43,874 nt of DNA from a virus (Duplodnaviria; Caudoviricetes). Every line of letters starts with the position of its first letter. Position 1 is the stretch's first letter. The stretch is taken from positions 1-43,874 of IMG/VR virus record IMGVR_UViG_3300022177_000048. One strand, given 5' to 3'. The position numbers were made by a program, and so were the translations under genes. The notes beneath the pieces were generated by a model that had not been told where the DNA came from, ran no database searches, and saw only the letters and a list, made by a program, of their open reading frames with translations. Shown piece by piece: positions 26,690-36,973 of the stretch.

Positions 26690-27883
26690 ATGAGCAAAAT
26701 ATTGGAGTTGCGTGAGAAAAGAGCCCAGGCCTGGGAAACCGCCAAGGCATTTCTGGATTCCAAAAGGGGCAGCGACGGTCTGATATCCGCTGAGGATACC
26801 GCGGTTTATGAAAAGATGGAAACCGAGGTGGTGAACTTAGGCAAGGAGATCGACCGGCTGGAAAGACAGCAAGCTATGGAACTGGAACTGGCCAAACCGC
26901 TGAACTCGCCGATTTTAGCCAAGCCTTCAGTAAACGGAGAACAGAAAACCGGCCGGGCCAGCGACGAATACAAACAGGCTTTTTGGAAAACCATGCGCAG
27001 TAAAAACAGCTTCGAAGTGCAGAATGCATTGCAGATCGGTACTGACAGCGAGGGCGGCTACCTGGTGCCCGACGAGTTTGAAAGAACCCTAATCGAAGCC
27101 CTGCAGGAAGAAAACATTTTTAGGCAATTAGCCAACATAATCACCACTTCGTCAGGCGACCGGAAGATTCCGGTAGTGGCCAGCAAAGGGACTGCTTCCT
27201 GGGTGGATGAAGAAGGAGCCATCCCGGAATCAGACGATGCCTTCGGGCAGGTTTCCATCGGGGCCTATAAACTGGCTACCATGATCAAGGTTTCCGAAGA
27301 ACTGTTAAATGACAGCGTCTTTAATCTGGAACAGTATATTGCCAAAGAGTTTGCCCGCAGAATCGGGGCCAAGGAGGAAGAAGCCTTTTTCGTTGGGGAT
27401 GGCAGCGGCAAACCTACCGGCATATTAAATGCTACCGGCGGGGCGGAGTTAGGCATAACGGCTGCTTCGGCAACTGCGATCACGGTTGACGAGGTCATGG
27501 ATTTGTTCTACAGCCTGAAATCACCGTATCGTAAAAGCGCGGTCTTTGTGATGAATGATGCCACGGTCAAGGCTATCCGCAAGCTAAAAGACGGCAACGG
27601 GCAGTACCTGTGGCAGCCATCGATTACTGCCGGCCAGCCGGATACGATTTTGAACCGGCCGGTTAAGACCTCGGCTTATGTGCCGACCATTGCGTCAGCC
27701 AAGAAAACTATTGCTTTCGGCGACTTCGGCTACTACTGGGTGGCCGACCGGCAGGGCAGGTCGTTCCAGCGGCTAAACGAGCTTTATGCGGCTACTGGGC
27801 AAGTGGGCTTCAAGGCCACTCAGAGGGTGGACGGCAAGCTGATCCTGGCCGAAGCCATCAAAGTGCTGCAGATGAAAGCGTAG
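26690..27883 (+). CDS. HK97-fold major capsid protein
   Basis: Coiled-coil N-terminal delta domain, GGYLVP, GDGSGKP.G, KLKD.NGQYLWQ, RVDG; AAGGAGG RBS. Confidence 0.95.
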   Translation: MSKILELREKRAQAWETAKAFLDSKRGSDGLISAEDTAVYEKMETEVVNLGKEIDRLERQQAMELELAKPLNSPILAKPSVNGEQKTGRASDEYKQAFWKTMRSKNSFEVQNALQIGTDSEGGYLVPDEFERTLIEALQEENIFRQLANIITTSSGDRKIPVVASKGTASWVDEEGAIPESDDAFGQVSIGAYKLATMIKVSEELLNDSVFNLEQYIAKEFARRIGAKEEEAFFVGDGSGKPTGILNATGGAELGITAASATAITVDEVMDLFYSLKSPYRKSAVFVMNDATVKAIRKLKDGNGQYLWQPSITAGQPDTILNRPVKTSAYVPTIASAKKTIAFGDFGYYWVADRQGRSFQRLNELYAATGQVGFKATQRVDGKLILAEAIKVLQMKA

Positions 27884-27894
27884 GTGAAGCTTAA

Positions 27895-28227
27895 ATGAGC
27901 AATGTTAAAAACTATACCGAGCAGGGCGGAGAGAAGACAGTTATCGGGGGAGAACTTGAGATTGCGGCCGGCGGCAAACTGGCTATTGCTGCAGGGGCAA
28001 GTGTGGAGGGGGTTGTAAGCGCTCCGGTAGTGGATGCCTTGAATTCAACCTCGGCTACCAGCGCCCTGTCGGCTAAACAGGGCAAGGTCTTAAACGATGC
28101 CCTGGCTGTCAAGACTGCGGCCAACCAGACTGACAGTACGGCAACCGAAGTGGCAGGACTGGTGACCGATTTCAACGCTCTCTTAGCCAAGCTCATAGCG
28201 GCTGACTTGATGGCTGCCGCTGAATAA
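27895..28227 (+). CDS. Head fibre / capsid decoration protein
   Basis: KNYTEQGGEKTVIGG...DFNALLAKL; located between capsid and connector genes. Confidence 0.7.
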   Translation: MSNVKNYTEQGGEKTVIGGELEIAAGGKLAIAAGASVEGVVSAPVVDALNSTSATSALSAKQGKVLNDALAVKTAANQTDSTATEVAGLVTDFNALLAKLIAADLMAAAE

Positions 28228-28245
28228 TTCTAGGAGGTGGGCGTA

Positions 28246-28521
28246 TTGGTTGTTACCTTGGAGGAAGCCAAGCTGTATCTGAAAGTTGACGGCGATGAGG
28301 ACGATACGCTCATCACCGATCTGATCAATGCGGCCGAGGAACTCAGCCAGGATATCCTGCGCTGTCCGTTGACCGAATTCACAGAGGTTCCCGAAACCGT
28401 CAAGCAAGCGGTTCTATACGCCATCGGCAATATCTATGAACAGAGGGAAACTGTGGACATGACCGCCGTAATTGCGGTTATGGCCAGGCTCCTGTTTGCC
28501 CACCGCAGGGAGGGATGGTAA
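28246..28521 (+). CDS. Head-tail connector (gp6-like)
   Basis: VTLEEAKLYLKVD..EDDTLI, KQAVL....YEQRE. Confidence 0.9.
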   Translation: MVVTLEEAKLYLKVDGDEDDTLITDLINAAEELSQDILRCPLTEFTEVPETVKQAVLYAIGNIYEQRETVDMTAVIAVMARLLFAHRREGW

Positions 28522-28523
28522 GC

Positions 28524-28868
28524 GTGAAGAACCGGAACCGGGTGAGTTTAGGGGAACTGCGGCACCGCGTTTCGCTGCAAACCAAAACCATCACCAAAGC
28601 AGAGGGCATACCCCAGGAGAACTGGACTACGGTCGCCACAGTCTGGGCAGCGATAGCAGACCTGTCCGGAAAGGAATACTTCCAGGCCGCCAGCGTCCAG
28701 TCCGAGGTCACCAGTCGGATTAGGATCCGTTACCGCCCCGGGATAACTCCCGCAATGCGAGTTTTTTATGGTTCCCGGTTGTTTACTATTCTGTCCGTAA
28801 TCGATAAAGATGAGCGCCACCGTGAAATAGAGCTGATGTGTAAGGAGGTGATCCCCGGTGGCGGATAA
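28524..28868 (+). CDS. Head closure / head-tail adaptor
   Basis: GELRHRV, TVWA, GKEYFQA, IRYRPGI...MRV. Confidence 0.9.
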   Translation: MKNRNRVSLGELRHRVSLQTKTITKAEGIPQENWTTVATVWAAIADLSGKEYFQAASVQSEVTSRIRIRYRPGITPAMRVFYGSRLFTILSVIDKDERHREIELMCKEVIPGGG

Positions 28869-29241
28869 TATGACCCTGGAAGGTATGGATGAGATCCTGG
28901 CCAAGCTGATGGAATTAGGGCAAAGAGCCGGTCCGGTGGAAAACCAGGCTCTCTATGATGGGGCTAAAATCGTTCAGGCCAATGCCAGCCAGAGAGCGCC
29001 CCGAAGCGAAACCGCCGGGGAGCATCTGGCCGACAACATAGTCATATCCGAGGCTAAACAGGGAGAAGGGATAAAATACATCGACGTGGGGCCGAGCGCT
29101 CCCTTTTTTTATGGCAAATTTATGGAGTATGGCACCACCAAGGTGGCCGCCCGCCCCTTCATGGGTCCGGCTAAAGCGGAAAGCCGGAAGCAGGTACTGG
29201 AAACCATCAAGCAGACCCTGAAAGCGGGGCTGGGCCTATGA
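28858..29241 (+). CDS. HK97 gp10-like tail component
   Basis: FYGKFMEYGTTK..ARPFM.PA. Confidence 0.9.
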   Translation: MADNMTLEGMDEILAKLMELGQRAGPVENQALYDGAKIVQANASQRAPRSETAGEHLADNIVISEAKQGEGIKYIDVGPSAPFFYGKFMEYGTTKVAARPFMGPAKAESRKQVLETIKQTLKAGLGL

Positions 29242-29597
29242 TCAATGTCAAACCTGAAGTACTAACAGCCTTGGAAAGCAACACCAGCCTGGTTGCTCTC
29301 TTGGGCGGACCTTACATTTACCAGTTGAAAGCGCCGGAAGGATTAGATAAATACATCACATTGTTTGAGTTAACCAATTTCGATTCCGCCTGGGCAGATG
29401 ACATCGCTTTTACCGCAGAGGTGCACCTGCAGGTGGATGTATGGGTAAAGGAAGCTAGTACCTCGGCCGTAGCCGATGAGGTGGATAATACCATGAAGGT
29501 TCTGGGCTTTAAAAGAACAGGCAGCGCCGATCTGTATGAAGATGACACCAAAATATTTCACAAGGCACTCAGATATGTAACTGAGCGCCCAATTTAA
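29238..29597 (+). CDS. Tail completion/terminator protein
   Basis: QVDVW...M..LGF.R...DLYEDDT..FHK..RY; position before the major tail protein. Confidence 0.8.
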   Translation: MINVKPEVLTALESNTSLVALLGGPYIYQLKAPEGLDKYITLFELTNFDSAWADDIAFTAEVHLQVDVWVKEASTSAVADEVDNTMKVLGFKRTGSADLYEDDTKIFHKALRYVTERPI

Positions 29598-29611
29598 GGA
29601 GGGATAAAAAC

Positions 29612-30496
29612 ATGGCTGGCATCCAAGTGGGCCTAAACAGCCTATATTATGCAATCTTGACCAGCGACACACCGTCCGGGACCGCCTACAACAGCCCGGT
29701 CGCCATAGCCGGAGCCATCAACGCCAAAATTAATCCCAAGAGCAACACCGAAACCCTGTATTGTGACGACGGCCCCGATGAAACCGTAACCTCTTTGGGC
29801 GAGATCGACGTGGAGTTCGAGGCCAAAGATATAGACCTTAATACCCAAGCGGCCATTTTAGGACACAGCGTCACCGGCGGAGTGCTGACCAAGAAGTCGA
29901 CCGATACCGCGCCCTATCTGGCGCTGGGATTCAAGTCCCGGAAGAGCACCGGCAAGTACCGCTATGTGTGGCTGTTCAAAGGCAAATTCGCTTTGCAGGA
30001 GCAGGATTACCAGACCCAGGAGGACAAGCCCAAGTTTCAGACCCCCAAAATCAAAGGGACCTTCATTAAACGTGCCTATGATGATGCCTGGCAGAAGCTG
30101 GGCGATGAAGATCATCCTGATTGGGTGGTTGCTACCGGAACCACTTGGTTTGCGGCTGTAGACGGGGCCGCGCCTAGCGCATTAACGGTCAGCATAGTTC
30201 CCACTGACGGAGCAACGGGGGTTGCGGTTGGGGCTAACCTGACCTGGACCTTCAATAACGCGATACAGGTGAGCGATATGACTCCGGCCAACTTCTTGCT
30301 CTTAAGCGCTAGTGATGGATTGGAGGTGGCCGGCGGGCTATCTATTGATGCGGCTCATAAAGTGGTGACCTTCAATCCCGGTGCAGACCTGGACAGCTCC
30401 ATTGCTTACCTTATGGTCTGTACCCGGGGGATCAGAGACATTTATGGTCAGAGCTTAGCGGCCAACAGTGTAGGCAACTTCACCACAGCAGCTTAA
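29612..30496 (+). CDS. Major tail protein (phi13-like) with C-terminal Ig-like domain
   Basis: LYCDDG, APYLALGF, YVWLFKGKF; last ~105 aa P.DGATGV.V......TFN..I...RDIYG..L......FTT. Confidence 0.9.
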   Translation: MAGIQVGLNSLYYAILTSDTPSGTAYNSPVAIAGAINAKINPKSNTETLYCDDGPDETVTSLGEIDVEFEAKDIDLNTQAAILGHSVTGGVLTKKSTDTAPYLALGFKSRKSTGKYRYVWLFKGKFALQEQDYQTQEDKPKFQTPKIKGTFIKRAYDDAWQKLGDEDHPDWVVATGTTWFAAVDGAAPSALTVSIVPTDGATGVAVGANLTWTFNNAIQVSDMTPANFLLLSASDGLEVAGGLSIDAAHKVVTFNPGADLDSSIAYLMVCTRGIRDIYGQSLAANSVGNFTTAA

Positions 30497-30512
30497 ATAG
30501 AGGAGGGATATA

Positions 30513-30833
30513 ATGGGAAACCCTACAATAACCCTGCAAGGGCAGACCTATACGGCGCCAGCGCCAAAGGTCAAGCTCTGGCGCGAGGTGACCAAATTCA
30601 AGGAGCAATTCAGTGATACCGCCCAGGGTGACCAGGAAGCCTTGAGTGAGATGGAGCGTTTGATTGCGGCGGCCTTTAACCATCCGGACATAACCGCGGA
30701 AGTTATTGAAGAGCAGTTGGACTTGGATGAGTTTGTCCCGCTATTTTACCAGATCGCCGGCTGGGTGGCGGAGGTAGTCAGCCGGAAAATGAGAGAACTC
30801 CCAAACGGACTGGAGCTGGCGGACCGGACCTAA
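30513..30833 (+). CDS. Tail assembly chaperone (G)
   Basis: Between major tail and tape measure genes; slippery C CCA AAC at 30800-30806. Confidence 0.85.
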   Translation: MGNPTITLQGQTYTAPAPKVKLWREVTKFKEQFSDTAQGDQEALSEMERLIAAAFNHPDITAEVIEEQLDLDEFVPLFYQIAGWVAEVVSRKMRELPNGLELADRT

Positions 30834-31015
30834 ACAGTCTGTCGGCTTACCAAATGGTGGTGTATTTCTATCTAAGCCTGGCCCAGAACTACCACTGGAT
30901 CCCAGAACAGATTGACGCTATGGAGCTCGAGATGTTCTGGGATCTGCTTATTGTGGGCGCAATGGTTATTGAGACCGAAGAAAATCCGTCCGGATACATT
31001 GATGAAATTTGGTGA
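30800..31015 (+). CDS. -1 frameshift extension of the tail assembly chaperone (GT)
   Basis: -1 frame from CCCAAAC is open to TGA 31013-31015: PKRTGAGG...HWIPEQIDAMELEMFWDLL...YIDEIW. Confidence 0.8.
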   Translation, partial: PKRTGAGGPDLNSLSAYQMVVYFYLSLAQNYHWIPEQIDAMELEMFWDLLIVGAMVIETEENPSGYIDEIW

Positions 31016-31030
31016 GGGAGGTGAGGACAA

Positions 31031-34000
31031 TTGGCAGAAACCATCGGCGAACTGCTGGTGAAGATTGGCCTGGACAATACCGGCTTTAATCAGGGCATGA
31101 AAGAGTTGGACCAGTCTTTAAAACTGGCCAAGGCTGAGTTCCAGGCGGCGGCCGCCAAGATGGGCGACATGGGCAGCGCTGCCGACCAGCTGAAACTAAA
31201 GGTTGATTATTTGAATAAGCAGGCTGAGTTGCAAAGGCAGAAGGTTGCTGCTTTAAAAGATGCCTATGACAAAGCAGCGGGTAGTACCGAGCAGGATGCG
31301 GCAGCGGTGGAAAAACTGCAGATAAAAATGCTGCAGGCCGAAAAGGTTCTGGCCAATATGGAAAACTCCCTCAAAAAGACAGTCAGGGAGCTGGATCTGC
31401 AAGCTTCAGCCTGGACCCAGCTCTCCAAGAGAGCTGAGGAAGCCAGCCAAAAATTAAAAAATGCGGGGGGAAGCATTACCAGCGCCGGGCAAGGCCTGTC
31501 CCTGGCGTTTACCGCACCGATTGTGGCGGCCGGCAGCGCTGCGGTGAAACTGGCTTCAGATACCAATGAAGCCCTCAACAAGGTGGAGGTAGCCTTTAAG
31601 GACAACGCTCAGGGAATTAAGGACTGGAGCGATACTACCCTGGAACGCTTCGGCATTGCCCAGGGGACCGCGCTGGACATGGCTTCTACCTACGGGGATA
31701 TGGCCACCAGTATGGGTCTTGATACCGAGCAGGCCTCGGTCATGAGCGAAACCCTGGTGGGGCTGGCCGGGGATCTGGCCAGTTTCAAGAACATTAAGAT
31801 CGACATAGCCGATACCGCTTTAAAATCAGTGTTTACCGGTGAGACCGAATCATTAAAACAATTAGGGATCGTCATGACCCAAACCAACCTGCAGGAATAC
31901 GCCTACAGCCAGGGTATTCGGAAGAAGATCCAGGATATGAGCCAGGCTGAACAGACCCAGCTCAGGTACAACTATGTCCTGGCCATGACCAAGAACGCCC
32001 AGGGGGATTTCGAGCGGACCGGAGCCGGAACCGCCAATCAAATGCGGGTTTTCTCTGAAAGCCTGAAAGAACTGGGAGCAACCATGGGCCAGCATATTCT
32101 GCCGGTCATAACGCCGTTGATCCAAAAATTAAATGAACTGGTCCAGAAATTTGGGGATCTGAGTCCCAGTGCACAGAAGACCATCCTGGTTGTGGCGGGG
32201 GTGGCAGCTGCGATCGGCCCGGTGATACTCATTATTGGACAGCTGGTAACCGCCGCCGGGGCCATCTCTGGTGTAGTTGGTACAGCTGCGGCAGCCATAG
32301 CGAGTGCCGGCGGGGTTACCGCAGCGTTAGGGGCGGCTTTTACCACTTTGACTGGTCCCATTGGAATTGCTGTAGCCGTTATTGCCGGGCTGGTTTTAGC
32401 TGTCAAGGAGCTATGGCAAAACAACGAGAGCTTTCGGACTGTAGTCAAGGAGGTTTGGTCGGATATACAGGCGATTATCACCCAGGCTGGCATTGCCATC
32501 CATACCTTCTGGAACAAATGGGGCGATGACCTAATCGCCATATTCTCAAACATCTGGAACATTATCAAGACGGTGTTCCAGACAGCGGCACAAGTGATTA
32601 TTAACCTGTTCGGATTTTTTCTGGATGTTTTGCAGGGGGACTGGCAAGGAGCCTGGGAGCATATAAAAAACATTTTCATTTCCTTGTGGAACGGCATCAA
32701 AACGGTAGTGGTCAACGCTTTTGAGGGTTTAAGAACCCTGCATAACACTCTGCTGGAAATTGGAGTCCATATTATTCAGGGCCTGATTGACGGGATTAAA
32801 GACAGAATAGAGAAAGTCAGAGAAATCGCCGGGGAGATCGCTGAGACTGTAAAAGGAAAGATCAAAGATGCCCTGGCGATTCAGTCGCCTTCCCAGGTGA
32901 TGCACGAATTCGGCCTTAATATCAGTGAAGGCCTAAGTACAGGTATGCAGGAAGGGCTCTCATTTATTGAAGGCTCCGTATCCGATATCATTGCTTCGCT
33001 TGTAGATATGCGCAACAATCTGGTAGATGTAGAGACTGAAACCAACGCCAAGCTGCTGGAAGCTGAAAAAGAGTATGCCGACCAGTGCAGGGAAGTCCAA
33101 ACCAAACTGGCTGAGGACGAAGTAGCACTGCAGCAGGAACTGTCGGACAAACTGGAGGAAATTAGTGCGGCAGGCCTTCAGAAAGAAGCCCAAGCGATTG
33201 ATGCTTTTAAGCAGAGCTACGCTGCCAAGGTTGAATCCATCAAAAACCAGATCGGGCTGTTTGATGAAGTCAAGGTGCGAAAAGTATCGGGCAAGTCCCT
33301 ACTGGGTAATCTGGAAGACCAGGTTCAAGAGTTCGACAGCTGGCAGGCCAATTTGAAGTCACTGGCTGCCAAGGGAGTTGACGAAGGACTAATTGACGAG
33401 CTGCGGCAGATGGGGATCAAGGTGGCTCCTCAGGTTGCCGCTCTCAATACCTTGACAACTGATGAGCTTAATAAATATGTAGGCCTTTGGAAAACCAAAA
33501 ACGCTCAAGCCCGGGCTGAAGCCAATATCGAGATGCGGCAGGCGCGGGTTGATTTAGGTCAGCGCTTGAGTGAGATCAGGATGGAAACCCAGAATCAGCT
33601 GACTCAGCAGACTATCGAAATGCAGAACAAACTGATGGAGATGAAAGCCAAGGCTGATGAGGAACTGGCCAATTATAAAAAGGCTTGGGAAGAAAAGAAT
33701 GGTGAAATCAAAAAGAACGCCGCCGAAACCATCGCCACTATCGAAAAGAAGTATGAGGAAATAGTCAAGAAATCCGCCGGATACGGCATCCAGGCCATGA
33801 GTGAGTTAATCCGGGGCATAAGGTCCAGGATGAGCGATTTGCAGGACGCCATGGATGAAGTGAGAAGCATAATGGGTTCCGGCATGGATCCCAATCAGCG
33901 CAACTCCCCTTCACTGGTGGACCGGATAAAAACCGGGGTGGCTGATATAACGGCTGCCTACAGCACATTAAAAAGCAACCTAAGCAATCTTGGCCTGCAA

Positions 34001-34174
34001 AGTACCTTGGCAGGAATTGCCCCGGTAGCTTTGGGAGCAGTTGCGGGGAGTACAACTAACAGCAGTTCCACCACCGTCAACAGGATCAGCATAACGGTTA
34101 ATGGCGGAACTTCCGACGCCGGAGAGCAAATCTACCGCACCTTGCTTGCCAAGGGGGTGCGCTTCAGTGGCTAA
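31031..34174 (+). CDS. Tail tape measure protein
   Basis: 1047 aa, Ala/Gly-rich, coiled coils, hydrophobic stretch and W/F periodic repeats; GGAGGTGA RBS. Confidence 0.93.
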   Translation: MAETIGELLVKIGLDNTGFNQGMKELDQSLKLAKAEFQAAAAKMGDMGSAADQLKLKVDYLNKQAELQRQKVAALKDAYDKAAGSTEQDAAAVEKLQIKMLQAEKVLANMENSLKKTVRELDLQASAWTQLSKRAEEASQKLKNAGGSITSAGQGLSLAFTAPIVAAGSAAVKLASDTNEALNKVEVAFKDNAQGIKDWSDTTLERFGIAQGTALDMASTYGDMATSMGLDTEQASVMSETLVGLAGDLASFKNIKIDIADTALKSVFTGETESLKQLGIVMTQTNLQEYAYSQGIRKKIQDMSQAEQTQLRYNYVLAMTKNAQGDFERTGAGTANQMRVFSESLKELGATMGQHILPVITPLIQKLNELVQKFGDLSPSAQKTILVVAGVAAAIGPVILIIGQLVTAAGAISGVVGTAAAAIASAGGVTAALGAAFTTLTGPIGIAVAVIAGLVLAVKELWQNNESFRTVVKEVWSDIQAIITQAGIAIHTFWNKWGDDLIAIFSNIWNIIKTVFQTAAQVIINLFGFFLDVLQGDWQGAWEHIKNIFISLWNGIKTVVVNAFEGLRTLHNTLLEIGVHIIQGLIDGIKDRIEKVREIAGEIAETVKGKIKDALAIQSPSQVMHEFGLNISEGLSTGMQEGLSFIEGSVSDIIASLVDMRNNLVDVETETNAKLLEAEKEYADQCREVQTKLAEDEVALQQELSDKLEEISAAGLQKEAQAIDAFKQSYAAKVESIKNQIGLFDEVKVRKVSGKSLLGNLEDQVQEFDSWQANLKSLAAKGVDEGLIDELRQMGIKVAPQVAALNTLTTDELNKYVGLWKTKNAQARAEANIEMRQARVDLGQRLSEIRMETQNQLTQQTIEMQNKLMEMKAKADEELANYKKAWEEKNGEIKKNAAETIATIEKKYEEIVKKSAGYGIQAMSELIRGIRSRMSDLQDAMDEVRSIMGSGMDPNQRNSPSLVDRIKTGVADITAAYSTLKSNLSNLGLQSTLAGIAPVALGAVAGSTTNSSSTTVNRISITVNGGTSDAGEQIYRTLLAKGVRFSG

Positions 34175-35579
34175 AACTCTTAGGATTGCCGGGATTGACC
34201 GATGGGCTGACTACCGCAGGGGAAGTCTAAATATCAGCCAGATGCTTACCTACCAGGCTGACAGCTGTTCTTTTGCAGTCAAGGGCGATAAGCCTTTGCA
34301 GGGCAGCGAAATAATCATCGAAGACACTGCCCTTACAGAACCCCGGATTTTTGCCGGTATTATCGACCGGGTGGAGCTGATTTACAGTAAGGCCCCGCTG
34401 GTGTGGAAAGCCGATTGCCAGGACTACACCCTGCAGATGAATAAGAAGCTGGTGGTTGAAACCTACCTGGGATGGAGCGCTGACGCAATCGTACGGGATA
34501 TATTGAATAAATATTGCCCGGGTTTTTCAGCTGCAGGGGTAGAAAACGGTGCTCCGGTAATCGAATCTACCGGCACCGACTTTAACTACATAATGCCGTC
34601 CGATTGCATGAAGTGGCTGTGCGACTACATCGGCTGGCAGTGGTATGTGGACCATTACAAAGTGGTCCATTTTTTTGACCCCGGCGAACTGGGCTCTGCC
34701 GCTCCCATGACCCTGCAGCCCGGAGGACGGTTCAGCAACTTCAAAGTCAGCATCGACCACCAGGGTCTGCGCAACCGTGTCTATATATTGGGCGGCAGCA
34801 TGCTGTCCGATCCGCAGACTATAGAGTGGAAAACAGACGGCGCTGCCCGCATCTGGGTGCTGCCCTGGACACCACAGGAATGCAGTCTGCAGGTGGGCGG
34901 GGTAGACTATAGTCTCGGACTTGAAGGTACAGATGAGGAAGACAGCAAGGACTATATGGTGAATGTCAATGACGGCTACCTGCGCTGCTCGGCTGCTACG
35001 GATACACCTTCAAGTGGATTGACCATATCGTTGACCGCCAGACAGAGCATAGACGTCATTACCGTAGTCGACGACCTGGCCAGCCAGGCAACCATCTCCG
35101 CACTGGAAGGCGGAGACGGGGTGTATGAACACCAAATCAAGGACGACACCCTGGTAACTATTGAAGCGGCCGAATCAGCCGGCAATGCGGACCTGCGTGA
35201 CTGGGCCAACCCCAAGACCAGCGGCAGTTTTACCACCACAGTAACCGGCTGGGCACCCGGCCAGCTTGTAGTCATCGAGCTGCCCGAAAGGGGCGTTAAC
35301 TCAGTATTCCTAGTGCAGAAGGTAGGGATATCTTTAAACGAAGCGGGGCTTTGGGTTTTCACCGTGGAATTTGGAGGCCGCCTTCTAGGGATTGCCGATT
35401 TCCTTAAGGCACTGGTTTCAGCGCAGCAGAAGAAAAAAATGAATGATACCAAGCTGATCCATAAGTTTGTTTACGGAACAGAAGCAATATCGCTTACTGA
35501 CACGCTGCTTACGACAGTCAGGAACCGGCCCTGGGTAGTCGAAGGCTGCCAAAGCAGCGCATTAATGATAGGGGGTTAA
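34167..35579 (+). CDS. Tail tip / hub-like structural protein
   Basis: Directly after the tape measure gene; beta-rich, WQWYVD....HFF, NRVYILGG, PGQ.V.I; GTG start after AAGGGGG. Confidence 0.6.
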   Translation: MAKTLRIAGIDRWADYRRGSLNISQMLTYQADSCSFAVKGDKPLQGSEIIIEDTALTEPRIFAGIIDRVELIYSKAPLVWKADCQDYTLQMNKKLVVETYLGWSADAIVRDILNKYCPGFSAAGVENGAPVIESTGTDFNYIMPSDCMKWLCDYIGWQWYVDHYKVVHFFDPGELGSAAPMTLQPGGRFSNFKVSIDHQGLRNRVYILGGSMLSDPQTIEWKTDGAARIWVLPWTPQECSLQVGGVDYSLGLEGTDEEDSKDYMVNVNDGYLRCSAATDTPSSGLTISLTARQSIDVITVVDDLASQATISALEGGDGVYEHQIKDDTLVTIEAAESAGNADLRDWANPKTSGSFTTTVTGWAPGQLVVIELPERGVNSVFLVQKVGISLNEAGLWVFTVEFGGRLLGIADFLKALVSAQQKKKMNDTKLIHKFVYGTEAISLTDTLLTTVRNRPWVVEGCQSSALMIGG

Positions 35580-35583
35580 ATTT

Positions 35584-36195
35584 ATGGCTGGCGGATATAT
35601 TCAAGTCCCGCCCGACAGTACGGGTAAAAAGCTGAACGCGCGCTACCGGGCTATTGAAGGCGGACCGGGTTATGAGCAGTATGTGGCCTGGCATGGTCTG
35701 CCTACCTTTTATTGTTTAGCGCCCAGCGTGGCCTTGGCTCAGAATAAACATTTGTTTTCTATATATAACGATGCGGGCAGCGGATATCTGATCAGGATAC
35801 CCAGGCTTTCGATTGTTAACATGTCCCTGACTGCCATTACTGGCGTAGGAGTGGAACTGGATTTCATGCGTGCCACCAGCCAGAGCAGCGGAACTGTTAT
35901 TACCCCACAAAAGGCCGACACGGCGGATGCAAACCTGGCTGCTGGAATTCACATTGCCACCGGAGCCACCATTGCTGAAGGAGCTGTTATGTGGCCGGTG
36001 ACTATTAATAACGATGAAATAGCCCTGACCGGCAATCCCGCTCCTTTGTCAGAGTTTAACCTTATCCCCAGGGGATTTGATATAAAGCCTCTATGTATCA
36101 GGCCAGGGGAAGGAATCAGCATCAAACAGATAACCAATACCACAGTGGGGCTATGGTCGGTGCTGGCCGTTATTACTGTTGAGGATGGCGCATAG
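35584..36195 (+). CDS. Hypothetical tail-region protein
   Basis: Tightly packed ORF with RBS; no family recognised. Confidence 0.75.
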   Translation: MAGGYIQVPPDSTGKKLNARYRAIEGGPGYEQYVAWHGLPTFYCLAPSVALAQNKHLFSIYNDAGSGYLIRIPRLSIVNMSLTAITGVGVELDFMRATSQSSGTVITPQKADTADANLAAGIHIATGATIAEGAVMWPVTINNDEIALTGNPAPLSEFNLIPRGFDIKPLCIRPGEGISIKQITNTTVGLWSVLAVITVEDGA

Positions 36196-36206
36196 GAGGA
36201 GTTTTC

Positions 36207-36548
36207 ATGTCAATGATATGGGAAATGCATAAGTGGGGGCTTACTTCTATTCCTCAGCCGGAAAGCGCAGCCATACCAACTATCGGCGGCTTAGCCCGCA
36301 TCTATCCCCAAACTCAAGCCATGTCTCTGCCCCGGGGCCTGCAGATCTCGGTGAGCACCGACGGCAGCCAGTGGAGCCAATGGGCGGACGTAGACTTTTC
36401 CAAAGCGGTTACGGTGCCGTACCCGGGTTTTATCAAATTGAGGGCTTATCAAAAGTCCACTGTGCAAGTATTTAACTACAAAACACCTGAAGAAGCGGAT
36501 TCAGTTGTCGGTCTGACCGTGGTATTGGGCCAGTATGGGGTGGTGTGA
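36207..36548 (+). CDS. Hypothetical tail-region protein
   Basis: AGGAGGAG RBS; contains ISVSTDGSQWSQW. Confidence 0.75.
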   Translation: MSMIWEMHKWGLTSIPQPESAAIPTIGGLARIYPQTQAMSLPRGLQISVSTDGSQWSQWADVDFSKAVTVPYPGFIKLRAYQKSTVQVFNYKTPEEADSVVGLTVVLGQYGVV

Positions 36549-36550
36549 AC

Positions 36551-36961
36551 ATGAAGGATATAATCAGCCTGAAGTCGGAGTGGTTTTTGGAATATGAAGA
36601 CGGAACAGTAGTCGGTCCATTAAAAAATTATATAACCAGTGCCGGCTTGAGTATAGCCGCCCAGAAGCTGGCGGCGTTCTCCAGCCCTTATTTGGTTATA
36701 GGTAATGACACTGCCGCAGGGGATAGCATTACTGAGGTTTTCCGCAAAGCGGTATCGGTTGTGACTCAATCGGGAAATAACATAAGGCTTAGGACCGTGC
36801 TCTTGGCAGGAGAGGGCAACGGACAGCATCAAAAAACTTGTATTTTTGTCGGCGCGACCGATGCCCCTGGCTCAGGCACTATGTTTAATCTCTTAAAGGT
36901 GCCCTGGGGGAAGGAAAATCAGATGATCTTAACGGTAGAATGCAGGCTGACGCTGCAGTAG
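36551..36961 (+). CDS. Hypothetical tail-region protein (baseplate/fibre-anchor-like)
   Basis: N.IT.AG...EVFRK...GNG....IF..AT...SGTMF pattern; tight packing. Confidence 0.65.
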   Translation: MKDIISLKSEWFLEYEDGTVVGPLKNYITSAGLSIAAQKLAAFSSPYLVIGNDTAAGDSITEVFRKAVSVVTQSGNNIRLRTVLLAGEGNGQHQKTCIFVGATDAPGSGTMFNLLKVPWGKENQMILTVECRLTLQ

Positions 36962-36973
36962 GAGGTGGATGCA

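Noticed and set aside
32038-32748. 236-aa minus-strand ORF, and similar antisense ORFs at 8879-9475, 14487-15023 and 25226-25822
   Set aside because: Antisense to well-supported genes; explained by codon bias.
34596-34617. Fourth CCGTCCGATT followed by AGTGGC
   Set aside because: Inside a coding region (MPSDCMKW), spacer is 6 rather than 11 nt, and there is no hairpin or RBS; probably chance.
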